64,000 nt of DNA from Oscillospiraceae bacterium (lineage in GTDB: Bacteria > Bacillota > Clostridia > Oscillospirales > CAG-272): positions 1,451-65,450 of the forward strand of contig SVTR01000008.1 in assembly GCA_015063685.1 (NCBI GenBank), written 5' to 3'. A program made the translations under genes and the position numbers. The notes under the pieces were generated by a model. The model saw nothing but the letters and a program-made list of their open reading frames with translations. It had not been told where the DNA came from and searched no databases. Position 1 is the stretch's first letter, and every line of letters begins with the position of its first letter. This document shows, piece after piece, positions 44,432 to 52,993 of this stretch.

Positions 44432-47400
44432 TTATTTGTGTTTTTTCTTCTTAGCTTTTGGGGAGGATGCAGCTTTTTTGACTTCCGTTGTCTCCGGCTT
44501 TGTTTCACCGTTGGCACCAAGCTCCTCACGGTTCTTTTTTATTTCCGCAAGCTCCTTGGCGGAGGGGACACGAATGCCTTCCCTCACAGGGGGCGTATCG
44601 GCCTCCAGATAGCCGATGTCGCCGGGTTGAGCATCGCAAGGCTCCTTGGAAAGCAGAGGAAGATCAGGACGCTGGATGCCCATGACGTGCTTGAGGATGG
44701 GTAGCTTGTTGAGGTAGCGGTACAGGATCAGGATGAGCAGGAACAGAGCGCCGCAGAAGAAGGATACGATCAGACCCAGGGTGTACACAGAGGGCATGTA
44801 TTTCAGCTCTACGGTGTGCTTGCCCTCACCCTCCACGGTAAAGGACACCAACGCACCGGCGGATTCAAAAATCTCCACGGGCTTGCCGTCCACAGTCACG
44901 TTCCAGCCCTCGTCGTAGGGGATGGAGGTGTACATGACCTGGTTTTTCTTTGTGGTGGTCAGGGTGCCGGTCAGGTGATCGTCAGACCATTCCTCGTCAA
45001 AGATCATCTGGGTTTCAGCGAGACGCGCCATGGCATCCTCAAAGACAGCCCAGTCGATATAGTAAACGCAGGAGGTCCAGCTTTCCTTGATATACAGGTT
45101 GTTGGAGGAGTTTTCAATGCGAACTTCCAGCTTCATGTCCTCAGAGGTAACCGTGCCCAGGGACACAATGCGCTGGGTCTCGTTGCCGCCGAAGCCGTCC
45201 TTGGAGGAATTGTTGACCTTCAGCTTGACCTCACGGGGGTAATCGCTGGGGAAGTAGTAGTAAAGCTCGGTGTCCGTAGGAACCGTGTAGCTGTAGGTGA
45301 GCACGCCTGCCGTGTCGGTTTGAGTAACGGCATATTTTTTGTGCTCCGCAATGGAGGATACCTTGGCGTTTTGAAGCTCGGGGTCACCGTTTTGAGTAGT
45401 GGGAACGAAGACCTTGACTGTTTCCTCCTCACCCAGCATGGCGGTCACCATGGCGTTGAGTCGATCGAAGGGGTTGTCATACATATCGGTGTCGAAGTCT
45501 TCCCACTTGTCAGACACGCCGAAAATTACGGACAGGGCGTACTTGTTCTGATATACGCTGTAATCGCCGGAAACGTTGGCGCCTTCATCGTATTTATAAT
45601 CCTCTTTGGTGTAAATAGGCTCGCCGTAGTAGGGACTGAGATCCTTGTCGGAGATGATATACTTGATGCCCAGCAGGGAGTCGTTGACGGGAGTACCGCC
45701 CAGATACTTCGACCAGTGGGACTTGGAGGCGTAGCCTACCTCCCGAAGAAAATCAATGGTGGAGCGGTTGAGCAGGGAGGTGGAGGTGGAAAGACCGTTC
45801 ATGTTCAGGGCGTAGTTGTCGTTTGTTTTTCTGTGGTAGGTCTTTTCCATACGGTAGAAGCCGCTGTCATTTTCAATGACCAGATCCGTGATGGGACGGA
45901 AGGTATGGGTCAGAGCCGTGTAGCGGGAGTGCTTGGAATAGGTGACGTCCTTGTCAAAGGAGTTCATATCCATGAGTCCGCTGACGAACACCTCGATGCA
46001 TACGAGGAAGGCCAGCACGATGGCGAAGCTTTCTTTGCGCACGGGTCTCGCGCGACCCCAAAGGCAGATGATGATAAAGTAGGCCACCAGGCATCCCAGT
46101 GCCAGCCAGATAGAGGCGAAGGGACGAACCACCAGCTTTTCGTTGGCCTCGGTGATAAAATCGCCCAGCTCCTGGATGACAAGGATCACAAGCCCCAAAA
46201 ACGCGGTGATGCAAAGGAGAGACTTGCGGCTGATAAAGCGCAGATTCTCAAAGGCGCGGAAGGCCAGCACCAGCAGGAAGAAGCACAGCATGAAGCTGTA
46301 GCGGTAGTTGAGCCAGTTGGGCTTTTGGAAGCCGTGCCAGATGAGGTCCAGAGTGCTGGTGGCAAAGGAGCCGATGAAGAACAGAATGAGGAGCGCCGCG
46401 GCGATCTTTTCTCTGTTGGAGATTCTTCGGGAGATGAAGAAGGCTGGCACCAGTATCAGGGTCAGGACACCGCAGTACACGAAGGGGAGACCCTGGGGAC
46501 GGACGGTATCGTAAGAGGAGGGCAGGAACTTGATCAGCAGCTCAAAAAGATCAAACTTCTGGGTGATCTCCCAGCTGGGGTTGGAGAACTCGTCCTTACC
46601 GAGGGCCAGAGAGTAGCGGGCGGCCAGGATGATAAAGGCGGCAATACCCACGGCCAGGACAGCCCATCCGCCAACGCGGAGCACAGAGCGAACGAAGTGA
46701 TTCTTCTCGCCGGTGGGATTGTTTTCGTTATTCTGGTTGTGGGCGAAGTAATAGTAGAAGCAGTAGGCAACGGTGAAGATGCACACCATGTAGCCAATGT
46801 AGAAGTTGCTGAACAGGGTGATAGCCAGGGTGAAGACGAAGAGACGGAAGCGGCCGCGCTTGATCAGCTCTTCAATGCCGTACACCAAAAGGGGCAGCCA
46901 CAGAACCGCGTCGATCCACATGGAGTTGTGCTGCTGGATGATGCAGTAGGAGGTCATGGCATACAACACCGAGAAGGTGATGATGGTCAGCTTGTTGTGG
47001 GTCTCGGAATGCCTGTGGAGATAGAAGCCCATGGTGAGGGAGCAGAGACCTGCCTTCAAAAGGAAGATCATGAGCAGGGATTCCTGGATCCACTCTTTGG
47101 GGAAAAGACCGATGAGCAGGGCAAAGGGACTGGCTACGTAGTAGTCGAACATACCCATAAACTCGCCGCCCAGGTTTCGTGAGAAGCAGTAGAACAGGGA
47201 GCCCTCGCCATGGAGACAATCCCAAAGATACTCATAGAAATAGACGTACTGGCCGTTCAGATCCAGCACCAGCACGGTGCTGTCACCGAAGGGATAAATC
47301 CCACGAGCCAGGTACATGAGATACATAAGCACCACGGGGATGGTAAACGCCACCAAAAGGTAGCCGTATTCACGGTAAAGGGCGAGTAGGCGATGCTTAA

Positions 47401-47470
47401 GGGGGGCAAATGGTTTTTTCTTGGTTTCCGCAGGCCCTTGCTCCAAGGGTGGGAGTGTATGATCCATCAT
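44432..47470 (-). CDS. YfhO-family polytopic membrane protein (putative glycosyltransferase) with a Lys-rich tail
   Basis: Carries YPFGDSTVLVLDLNGQYVYFYEYL and DYYVASPF, with many TM helices, a large C-terminal extracytoplasmic domain and a final TM helix. Confidence 0.75.
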   Translation of the reverse strand: MMDHTLPPLEQGPAETKKKPFAPLKHRLLALYREYGYLLVAFTIPVVLMYLMYLARGIYPFGDSTVLVLDLNGQYVYFYEYLWDCLHGEGSLFYCFSRNLGGEFMGMFDYYVASPFALLIGLFPKEWIQESLLMIFLLKAGLCSLTMGFYLHRHSETHNKLTIITFSVLYAMTSYCIIQQHNSMWIDAVLWLPLLVYGIEELIKRGRFRLFVFTLAITLFSNFYIGYMVCIFTVAYCFYYYFAHNQNNENNPTGEKNHFVRSVLRVGGWAVLAVGIAAFIILAARYSLALGKDEFSNPSWEITQKFDLFELLIKFLPSSYDTVRPQGLPFVYCGVLTLILVPAFFISRRISNREKIAAALLILFFIGSFATSTLDLIWHGFQKPNWLNYRYSFMLCFFLLVLAFRAFENLRFISRKSLLCITAFLGLVILVIQELGDFITEANEKLVVRPFASIWLALGCLVAYFIIICLWGRARPVRKESFAIVLAFLVCIEVFVSGLMDMNSFDKDVTYSKHSRYTALTHTFRPITDLVIENDSGFYRMEKTYHRKTNDNYALNMNGLSTSTSLLNRSTIDFLREVGYASKSHWSKYLGGTPVNDSLLGIKYIISDKDLSPYYGEPIYTKEDYKYDEGANVSGDYSVYQNKYALSVIFGVSDKWEDFDTDMYDNPFDRLNAMVTAMLGEEETVKVFVPTTQNGDPELQNAKVSSIAEHKKYAVTQTDTAGVLTYSYTVPTDTELYYYFPSDYPREVKLKVNNSSKDGFGGNETQRIVSLGTVTSEDMKLEVRIENSSNNLYIKESWTSCVYYIDWAVFEDAMARLAETQMIFDEEWSDDHLTGTLTTTKKNQVMYTSIPYDEGWNVTVDGKPVEIFESAGALVSFTVEGEGKHTVELKYMPSVYTLGLIVSFFCGALFLLILILYRYLNKLPILKHVMGIQRPDLPLLSKEPCDAQPGDIGYLEADTPPVREGIRVPSAKELAEIKKNREELGANGETKPETTEVKKAASSPKAKKKKHK

Positions 47471-47509
47471 GAGATTCTGCCTTTCTTTGGGTGATGATCT
47501 TTGTATGAT

Positions 47510-47722
47510 TCAAATGTCAGGGGAAGTGTTATCGTCAGCGGGAATCACGCGTTTGATAGCCTTTTCCAGCTTGATACGCTCCAGAGTCATGTCACGGCCA
47601 CATCCTGCGCATAGGATGCGAACCTCACTCCCGGTGCGCATGACCTTGAAGCGTCGCTCACCACAGGGATGAGGCTTTTTCAGCTCTAATACGTCACCGA
47701 CGCGGATGGAAATGATGTTCAT
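47510..47722 (-). CDS. DUF951 family protein
   Basis: GDVLELKKPHPCGERRFKVMRTGSEVRILCAGCGRDMTLERIKLEKAIK is the DUF951 pattern. Confidence 0.8.
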   Translation of the reverse strand: MNIISIRVGDVLELKKPHPCGERRFKVMRTGSEVRILCAGCGRDMTLERIKLEKAIKRVIPADDNTSPDI

Positions 47723-47759
47723 GACAAGCTCTTCTTTCCTCAAAATAAGTATTCATATT

Positions 47760-47788
47760 ATTATAGCACATTTTTCCTGTCTTGTAAA
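47760..47788 (-). promoter_or_regulatory. Putative sigma-A promoter for the DUF951-yfhO-ruvA block
   Basis: On the minus strand: TTTACA, 17 nt, then TGcTATAAT (extended -10), ~35 nt upstream of the ATG at 47722. Confidence 0.5.
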
Positions 47789-47809
47789 CCCTTCCCGCTG
47801 ATTTTCTTT

Positions 47810-47840
47810 GAAAAAACGGCAACACCCGAAGGCGTTGCCG
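47810..47840 (-). terminator. Rho-independent terminator after the anti-sigma-like gene
   Basis: On the minus strand, CGGCAACGCCttcgGGTGTTGCCG is followed by TTTTTT. Confidence 0.8.
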
Positions 47841-47848
47841 CTAAAATA

Positions 47849-49222
47849 TCATTCCGGGATCCATACCTCTCCCGAATCTCCGATCCACACCTCGTGGAGA
47901 ACCGTGGCGGTTCTGACTACTGTTGGTTCGTTTGTGTAGATGCCCTTGTGAGACACCATGACCTCTCGTCCCACCGAGAGATAACCGCAGGCGAGATATT
48001 TTTTAATATTGGTGTTGCCTGCGTAGACTGTGAAGACTATGCCGTCTTCGGGATTCTCCATCATGATGGAGTCGTCGATCTTGATATAGTCCTCACCGAT
48101 CTCGGTGACCACACCCACCAGATGATAGGTCGTCTCCTTTTGAAGCTCGGTTTTATGCGCCAGGGTGTAAGCCATGATTTCAGCCGCCTCATCGGGACCC
48201 AGATAGTAATAGTAACCGTATCCCTCCACGTTGGTGACCAGCCAACCGTTCTCTCTCAGGGACCAGGACAGATTGTAAATCCCCAGCGCTTCCGAGGTCA
48301 GGGAGAAGGAGATCCGTTTTTTGCTCCACTGAGCCGCCGATTCTGCTTGTACGGCCGTATCGGCGTATTTTAAAAACATCGACCATAGCGTATCGCTGCT
48401 TTCCTTTGTGAGACCGAAGGATTCAAATTGCTGCTTGGAATAGTCGTTTACCGTGTCCAGTATACAGTTGTTTGTCAGATCCAGCTGGGAAATGAGCTCT
48501 CCCAAGGTCGCGGGGGGATTGTACGCGTCCGCGAACATTTTAAAATAGCCCTCGTGGTTACTGTATTTAATGGCGATATACCTGTCTTCGGGGATACCCT
48601 TGATGGTGTACACCTCACATTTCACCGTGCGTTTGACGGGTTCCCGGTCTGAGGCGGTCGAATATTCATAACCGTAGGCTTCACCGTCTGCCAGTTTTTC
48701 ACCGATAGTTTGGGGAGAGAGGCCGATGATATTACCGTTTACGGAAGCGCTCCCCATGCGATAGGTCACGCCCTCGTATTGAATATAAACGTATTGCTCC
48801 CAGATTTCCAGACAGTGCCAGGGCCATTCGATGGCATTTTCCCCCGTTGCTCCTTGCTTGTCGTTTCTCGGACGCTCATCCACCCACAGGGTGTGGTCAT
48901 CCTCGGGCAGAGATTCTGCGGGCAGAGATTCTGCGGGGATTGTCTCCGCAGGCGGGGTTGGGGCGGAAGCCCCGATGTCGGACGATTGATTTTCCTCAAG
49001 CGCCTCGGTGTTCTCCGTGATCGATGGGATAGGGGTATCTCCCTTCTGCATAAGGGAGAGCATGATCCCCAGGCTGCCAAGGATCAAGGCAAGACAGGCT
49101 GCGATGACGGCCCACCTGAGCAGGGTGCCTCTGTTTTTATGCGGATAAAATGGCTGACCCGCATCCTCCACCATATCAAAGTCGATGCCCTCCAGAGCAT
49201 CTGAGATGTGTTTGCTTTTCAT
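47849..49222 (-). CDS. Single-pass membrane protein, putative anti-sigma factor
   Basis: A short cytoplasmic N-terminus, the TM helix LLRWAVIAACLALILGSLGIML and a large extracytoplasmic domain. Its start overlaps the sigma-gene stop by 4 nt (ATGA). Confidence 0.6.
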   Translation of the reverse strand: MKSKHISDALEGIDFDMVEDAGQPFYPHKNRGTLLRWAVIAACLALILGSLGIMLSLMQKGDTPIPSITENTEALEENQSSDIGASAPTPPAETIPAESLPAESLPEDDHTLWVDERPRNDKQGATGENAIEWPWHCLEIWEQYVYIQYEGVTYRMGSASVNGNIIGLSPQTIGEKLADGEAYGYEYSTASDREPVKRTVKCEVYTIKGIPEDRYIAIKYSNHEGYFKMFADAYNPPATLGELISQLDLTNNCILDTVNDYSKQQFESFGLTKESSDTLWSMFLKYADTAVQAESAAQWSKKRISFSLTSEALGIYNLSWSLRENGWLVTNVEGYGYYYYLGPDEAAEIMAYTLAHKTELQKETTYHLVGVVTEIGEDYIKIDDSIMMENPEDGIVFTVYAGNTNIKKYLACGYLSVGREVMVSHKGIYTNEPTVVRTATVLHEVWIGDSGEVWIPE

Positions 49223-49779
49223 AGATCGTAACCCTCCTTTTCCAGTGTGTTTCTCAGCTTTTTCCGTGTACGGAGCAGGAGGGATTTCACCTTGCTCTCG
49301 CTCATGGAAAAATCCTTGGAGATCTCAGAAACCGAGGATGCGTACCAATACCGTCGGATAAACACCCGCCGCGCGTCCGCGGAAAGCCCTCGGAGAAAAC
49401 GGTTCAAGGTATCTGTCAGCGCCGCCATGTGGGGGATCTCCTCGCCGTTGTGATTCGAAGGGATGCACTCGGCAAGCTCCTCCAGCGTGAGGGCATACTG
49501 TCCTCCGCCCCGCTTTTGCGCCGTCAGGAGCTCCAGGCGATTGATGGACAATCTGCGGGTGATCTGCCCTAAAAAGCCCTTCAGAGGATTGGGCTTTTGC
49601 GGGGGGATGACCTGCCAGGCCTTCAGCCAGGTGTCGTTCACGATCTCCTCGGCATCCTCGTCGCAACGCAGGATGGTGTAGGCGATGTAGTGACAGTACC
49701 GTCCGTAGACTTTTTCGGTTTCTGCTATGGCCTGCTCTGAGCGCTCCAGATACAGGGCGAGGATCTTGTCGTCATTCAC
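49219..49779 (-). CDS. ECF-type sigma-70 family sigma factor
   Basis: Carries ILALYLERSEQAIAETEKVYGRYCHYIAYTIL...DAEEIVNDTWLKAW and a C-terminal region 4 (RRVFIRRYWYASSVSEISKDFSMSESKVKSLLLRTRKKL). The GTG at 49779 lies 8 nt after AAAGGAG. Confidence 0.8.
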   Translation of the reverse strand: MNDDKILALYLERSEQAIAETEKVYGRYCHYIAYTILRCDEDAEEIVNDTWLKAWQVIPPQKPNPLKGFLGQITRRLSINRLELLTAQKRGGGQYALTLEELAECIPSNHNGEEIPHMAALTDTLNRFLRGLSADARRVFIRRYWYASSVSEISKDFSMSESKVKSLLLRTRKKLRNTLEKEGYDL

Positions 49780-49896
49780 GTCAGGATCTCCTTTCTTCTT
49801 GATAAAGGCCTTCACACACATATACAGGAAAAAGGGGCGTCGGGTTGCGTCACGGCGGCAATTATATCGAAAAAACAAAAAATTTGCCGTCATAGG

Positions 49897-49931
49897 AGAA
49901 AAACGGGCCGGATCACTTGAGTGACCCGGCC
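49897..49931 (-). terminator. Rho-independent terminator after the 938-aa gene
   Basis: On the minus strand, GGCCGGGTCACTcaAGTGATCCGGCC is followed by CGTTTTT. Confidence 0.7.
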
Positions 49932-49970
49932 TGATCAAGATCAAAAAGCTTTAGAGATGCCCTTTAAATG

Positions 49971-52787
49971 TCAATCCTCGCGTCTCTTCTTCAGGGCGAT
50001 TCCCGCGACTGTCATGACAGAGAGGATCAAGACGGATACGGACAGGGCAGAAGCACAACCGCCGTCGGTCTCGCCGGTCTCTTCGGAGGTTCCAACCGAC
50101 GAATCGGGAACGGTCTCCTCCTTACCGTCGGTGACCGCGTCGGTGTCGGATGCCTTGGTTTCAGCGACGGTAGCAGCCTCGGTTTTTTCCTCTGCCTGGG
50201 TTGCAGGCTCGGTTTCTGCTACAGGCTCAGATACAGCCTCGGTTTCCTCCGCGGTCTCGGTTGCGGGCTCGGTCTCTACCGTGGGCTCTGTTTCAGGTTC
50301 GGTATCCGCTACGGGATCAGTCACAGGCTCGGTTTCGGGCTCTTCACCGGTAGCGTTAGCATTGGTGGAGATGTAGCTGTACTTGAAGCGGGCACCGGGA
50401 GCCACGTCGCCGGAAATGTAGAAGTCCATGATGTCGCCGGAAAACTGGGTGTACTGGTAATCTGCGTCACCGCGTTCACCTGCATCGGCCTCGTCGTGGA
50501 CGTTATCGGTCCAGGCGAAGTTGACGGTGAAGTCGTAGCCGCTGAGGCTCAGCATGGTCTTGGGCACCTTGACCTGCATATACTTGCCGTCCACGGTGTA
50601 CTCTACCTCGCCCACGACCTCGGTTTCGTAGCCGTTGCCGGTGAACTTCTCCAGGGTGGCCTTGTCGGCGGTGGGGGAGGTCTTGTTCAGGACGTAGTCG
50701 AAGGTCTCCCAGCCCTGATTCTCTTGGTCGGAGTCGATGTAGAGCACCATCCACAGAGGATCGGTGTAGGGGGTGATCTCCTCGTTGCACTCCACGTAGA
50801 AGTAGAGGTTGTCGGCGTCTCTGGCGACTCTCGCGCCGATGATGTCGTTACGGCCGGAATACTCGTGGTACTGAAGCTTGCCCCAGCCCTCGCCCTCACG
50901 GTCGCCGGTGTTGCCGATGTAGGCGGCGTAGTAGGGCTCCACGGCATTCCATTGAGTGTTATCTGCGGTGATGTCGATAGTGGTCTGGAGGCTGGGGGTG
51001 GGGATGGGACGTACACCCTTGTACTGCCGTACGAAGTTGACCATCTGGTAGTAGTAGTGATCCTTCAGGGCACCCTTGGTAGGCTCCAGATCTCGGGAGA
51101 ACTCGTCGTTGAACTGGTCGCAGAAGGCGTTGGGAACCTCGGACGCCCAGCCCGAGGGCCAGCCGTCGATGCGGGCCATGGCCCACTCGTTCCAGCCCGT
51201 GATAAAGATGATCTTGGGATCAACCTCAAGAGCATAGTTGAATTGCTCGGCGAAGTTGTAGCCCCACTTGGAGGCTTCTTTGCCTTCTTTATCATAGCGA
51301 TCCTGGTAATCGTGGGTGTAGGAGCGGCCCATGACGTAGTCACCGCTCATGGCTGAGAGCTGACCCAGCTTATAGTTGTGGTTCATGGCCACGCCCACAG
51401 TTATCTGCTCGGCAAGTCTGTCCTTAAAGGCGTAACGGTCAGCATAGTAAATGGCTTGAGGATAGGTGGAGAGCCAGCCCCACTCACCATAGGTGGTTCT
51501 TTCAACCACGTATGCAGACTGGCCACCGCGCCAGGTGAAGAAATCAACGATTTCCTTGCCCATATTGTCGGTGGTTTTGATGGCGTTTTGTCTGCCCATG
51601 AGGACGGGCTTGCCATCCCAGTAGAACCAGAGCTTGTGGTAGTCACCTGCGCGGTAGAAGTCCGTATACATATCCCGCACCTGGGTGTTGGTATCCGCGC
51701 CGCCCGCGAAGGGAAGCATGAAGGACACCTTGGGGGTCAGGACGCCGTCGTCCATGGCCTTGCCCCAGGACTCGAAGAGGGCGGTGTAGCCGGGCTTATG
51801 AGTGATGGTACCGTTGGTGTTATCGGTGAGGATGGCATCCACGCCCGCGGCGGCCAGCAGCTCTGCCTGGCGGCGGAGCACCCACTGGTCGTTACTCTCA
51901 TAGTGGCCGTAGATGGGCTCGTTCCAGGAGCCCTGGAAATTAGCGGGGGCCCAGACGGGGTGGTCGAAGTCGCGGACGGCCTCGGGGTATTTCTCGGCGG
52001 CGTCGTTGACGTTGATGACGGCGGGACGGCCGTTGTGCCACGTCCAGAAGAACATGGACACGGTTTTATCCTCTCGGGGATCTCCCACCTCGGCGTTGGT
52101 CAGGGACACACGACCCAGACCGTCGGTGAACACCCAGGTGTCGGGCATGACCTCATGGGTCTTGATGAGGCTGTCGTCGGGAATGACGTACTCAGCAGGG
52201 GCTTTGTTGTTGCCGTCGCTGGGCGTGATGATGGTCTCGCACTTGCCGAAGGGCTCTGCGATATCAGCGGTGAAGGTAATCTTCAGCTCGGGCAGGTCGT
52301 TTTTCTCCTGACCGTCTACATAGAGAAAGCCCAAGTTATCCGTGGCGCCCTCGTTGGTCCAGACACCTACCGAGCCGCGGGGCTCGATGACGGCAAAGAG
52401 ATATTCGCCGGCAGGCTGCGGATCGAAGGTGATCTTATTGGTGGCGTTGTCACTCATAGGGTCGAATCGTTGGGTGGCGATGGGCTCGGCCTTCATGGAA
52501 TCCTCGGGATCCCCCATCCACTTGTAGAGAGCGAGGGTGCAGGCCGCGTCCGTCTCTGTCCAGGTGGGCATGGCGAAGGAAAAAGCGGTGAATTCGCCGT
52601 TGACTATGGCTCGGTAGGCATAGCTGTTGCCGACCCGCGCGGCACCGCGGGTGCCCGTTCCGTTCAGCACGGAGACCTCGACCTCAGCCGCGCTGGCGGG
52701 CAGGATCAGGCAGGTCATGCAAGCGGAAAGCATCAGAACGCTCAGAACCAAGGAAATGATTCTTTTGAGAGTGTGTTTTTTCATCAT
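49971..52787 (-). CDS. Secreted, C-terminally anchored glycoside-hydrolase-like protein (paralog 1)
   Basis: It has a signal peptide, an N-terminal beta-sandwich-like region and a central barrel-like region carrying IYGHYESNDQWVLRRQAELLAAAGVDAILTDNTNG and IFITGWNEWAM. It ends in a TE-rich stalk, a GGCAS motif, a TM helix and KKRRED. The specific family is not recognised. Confidence 0.8.
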   Translation of the reverse strand: MMKKHTLKRIISLVLSVLMLSACMTCLILPASAAEVEVSVLNGTGTRGAARVGNSYAYRAIVNGEFTAFSFAMPTWTETDAACTLALYKWMGDPEDSMKAEPIATQRFDPMSDNATNKITFDPQPAGEYLFAVIEPRGSVGVWTNEGATDNLGFLYVDGQEKNDLPELKITFTADIAEPFGKCETIITPSDGNNKAPAEYVIPDDSLIKTHEVMPDTWVFTDGLGRVSLTNAEVGDPREDKTVSMFFWTWHNGRPAVINVNDAAEKYPEAVRDFDHPVWAPANFQGSWNEPIYGHYESNDQWVLRRQAELLAAAGVDAILTDNTNGTITHKPGYTALFESWGKAMDDGVLTPKVSFMLPFAGGADTNTQVRDMYTDFYRAGDYHKLWFYWDGKPVLMGRQNAIKTTDNMGKEIVDFFTWRGGQSAYVVERTTYGEWGWLSTYPQAIYYADRYAFKDRLAEQITVGVAMNHNYKLGQLSAMSGDYVMGRSYTHDYQDRYDKEGKEASKWGYNFAEQFNYALEVDPKIIFITGWNEWAMARIDGWPSGWASEVPNAFCDQFNDEFSRDLEPTKGALKDHYYYQMVNFVRQYKGVRPIPTPSLQTTIDITADNTQWNAVEPYYAAYIGNTGDREGEGWGKLQYHEYSGRNDIIGARVARDADNLYFYVECNEEITPYTDPLWMVLYIDSDQENQGWETFDYVLNKTSPTADKATLEKFTGNGYETEVVGEVEYTVDGKYMQVKVPKTMLSLSGYDFTVNFAWTDNVHDEADAGERGDADYQYTQFSGDIMDFYISGDVAPGARFKYSYISTNANATGEEPETEPVTDPVADTEPETEPTVETEPATETAEETEAVSEPVAETEPATQAEEKTEAATVAETKASDTDAVTDGKEETVPDSSVGTSEETGETDGGCASALSVSVLILSVMTVAGIALKKRRED

Positions 52788-52993
52788 TTCAAACCTCCGT
52801 GGGGTTATTGTTGAACATATTATAACATATCTTGGGATTTTTGTCTACAGTTTTTGAGTATTTTGCTTGAATCGGGTGTTGCTTTTTGTTAAAAGCGATG
52901 TGGGACACTTGCTCGAGAATGCGGAACCTGAAAGGGCGGAGTATAAAATCACCCCCGCGGACAACCGCGGGGGTGGAATAATAAAGAGGACGC

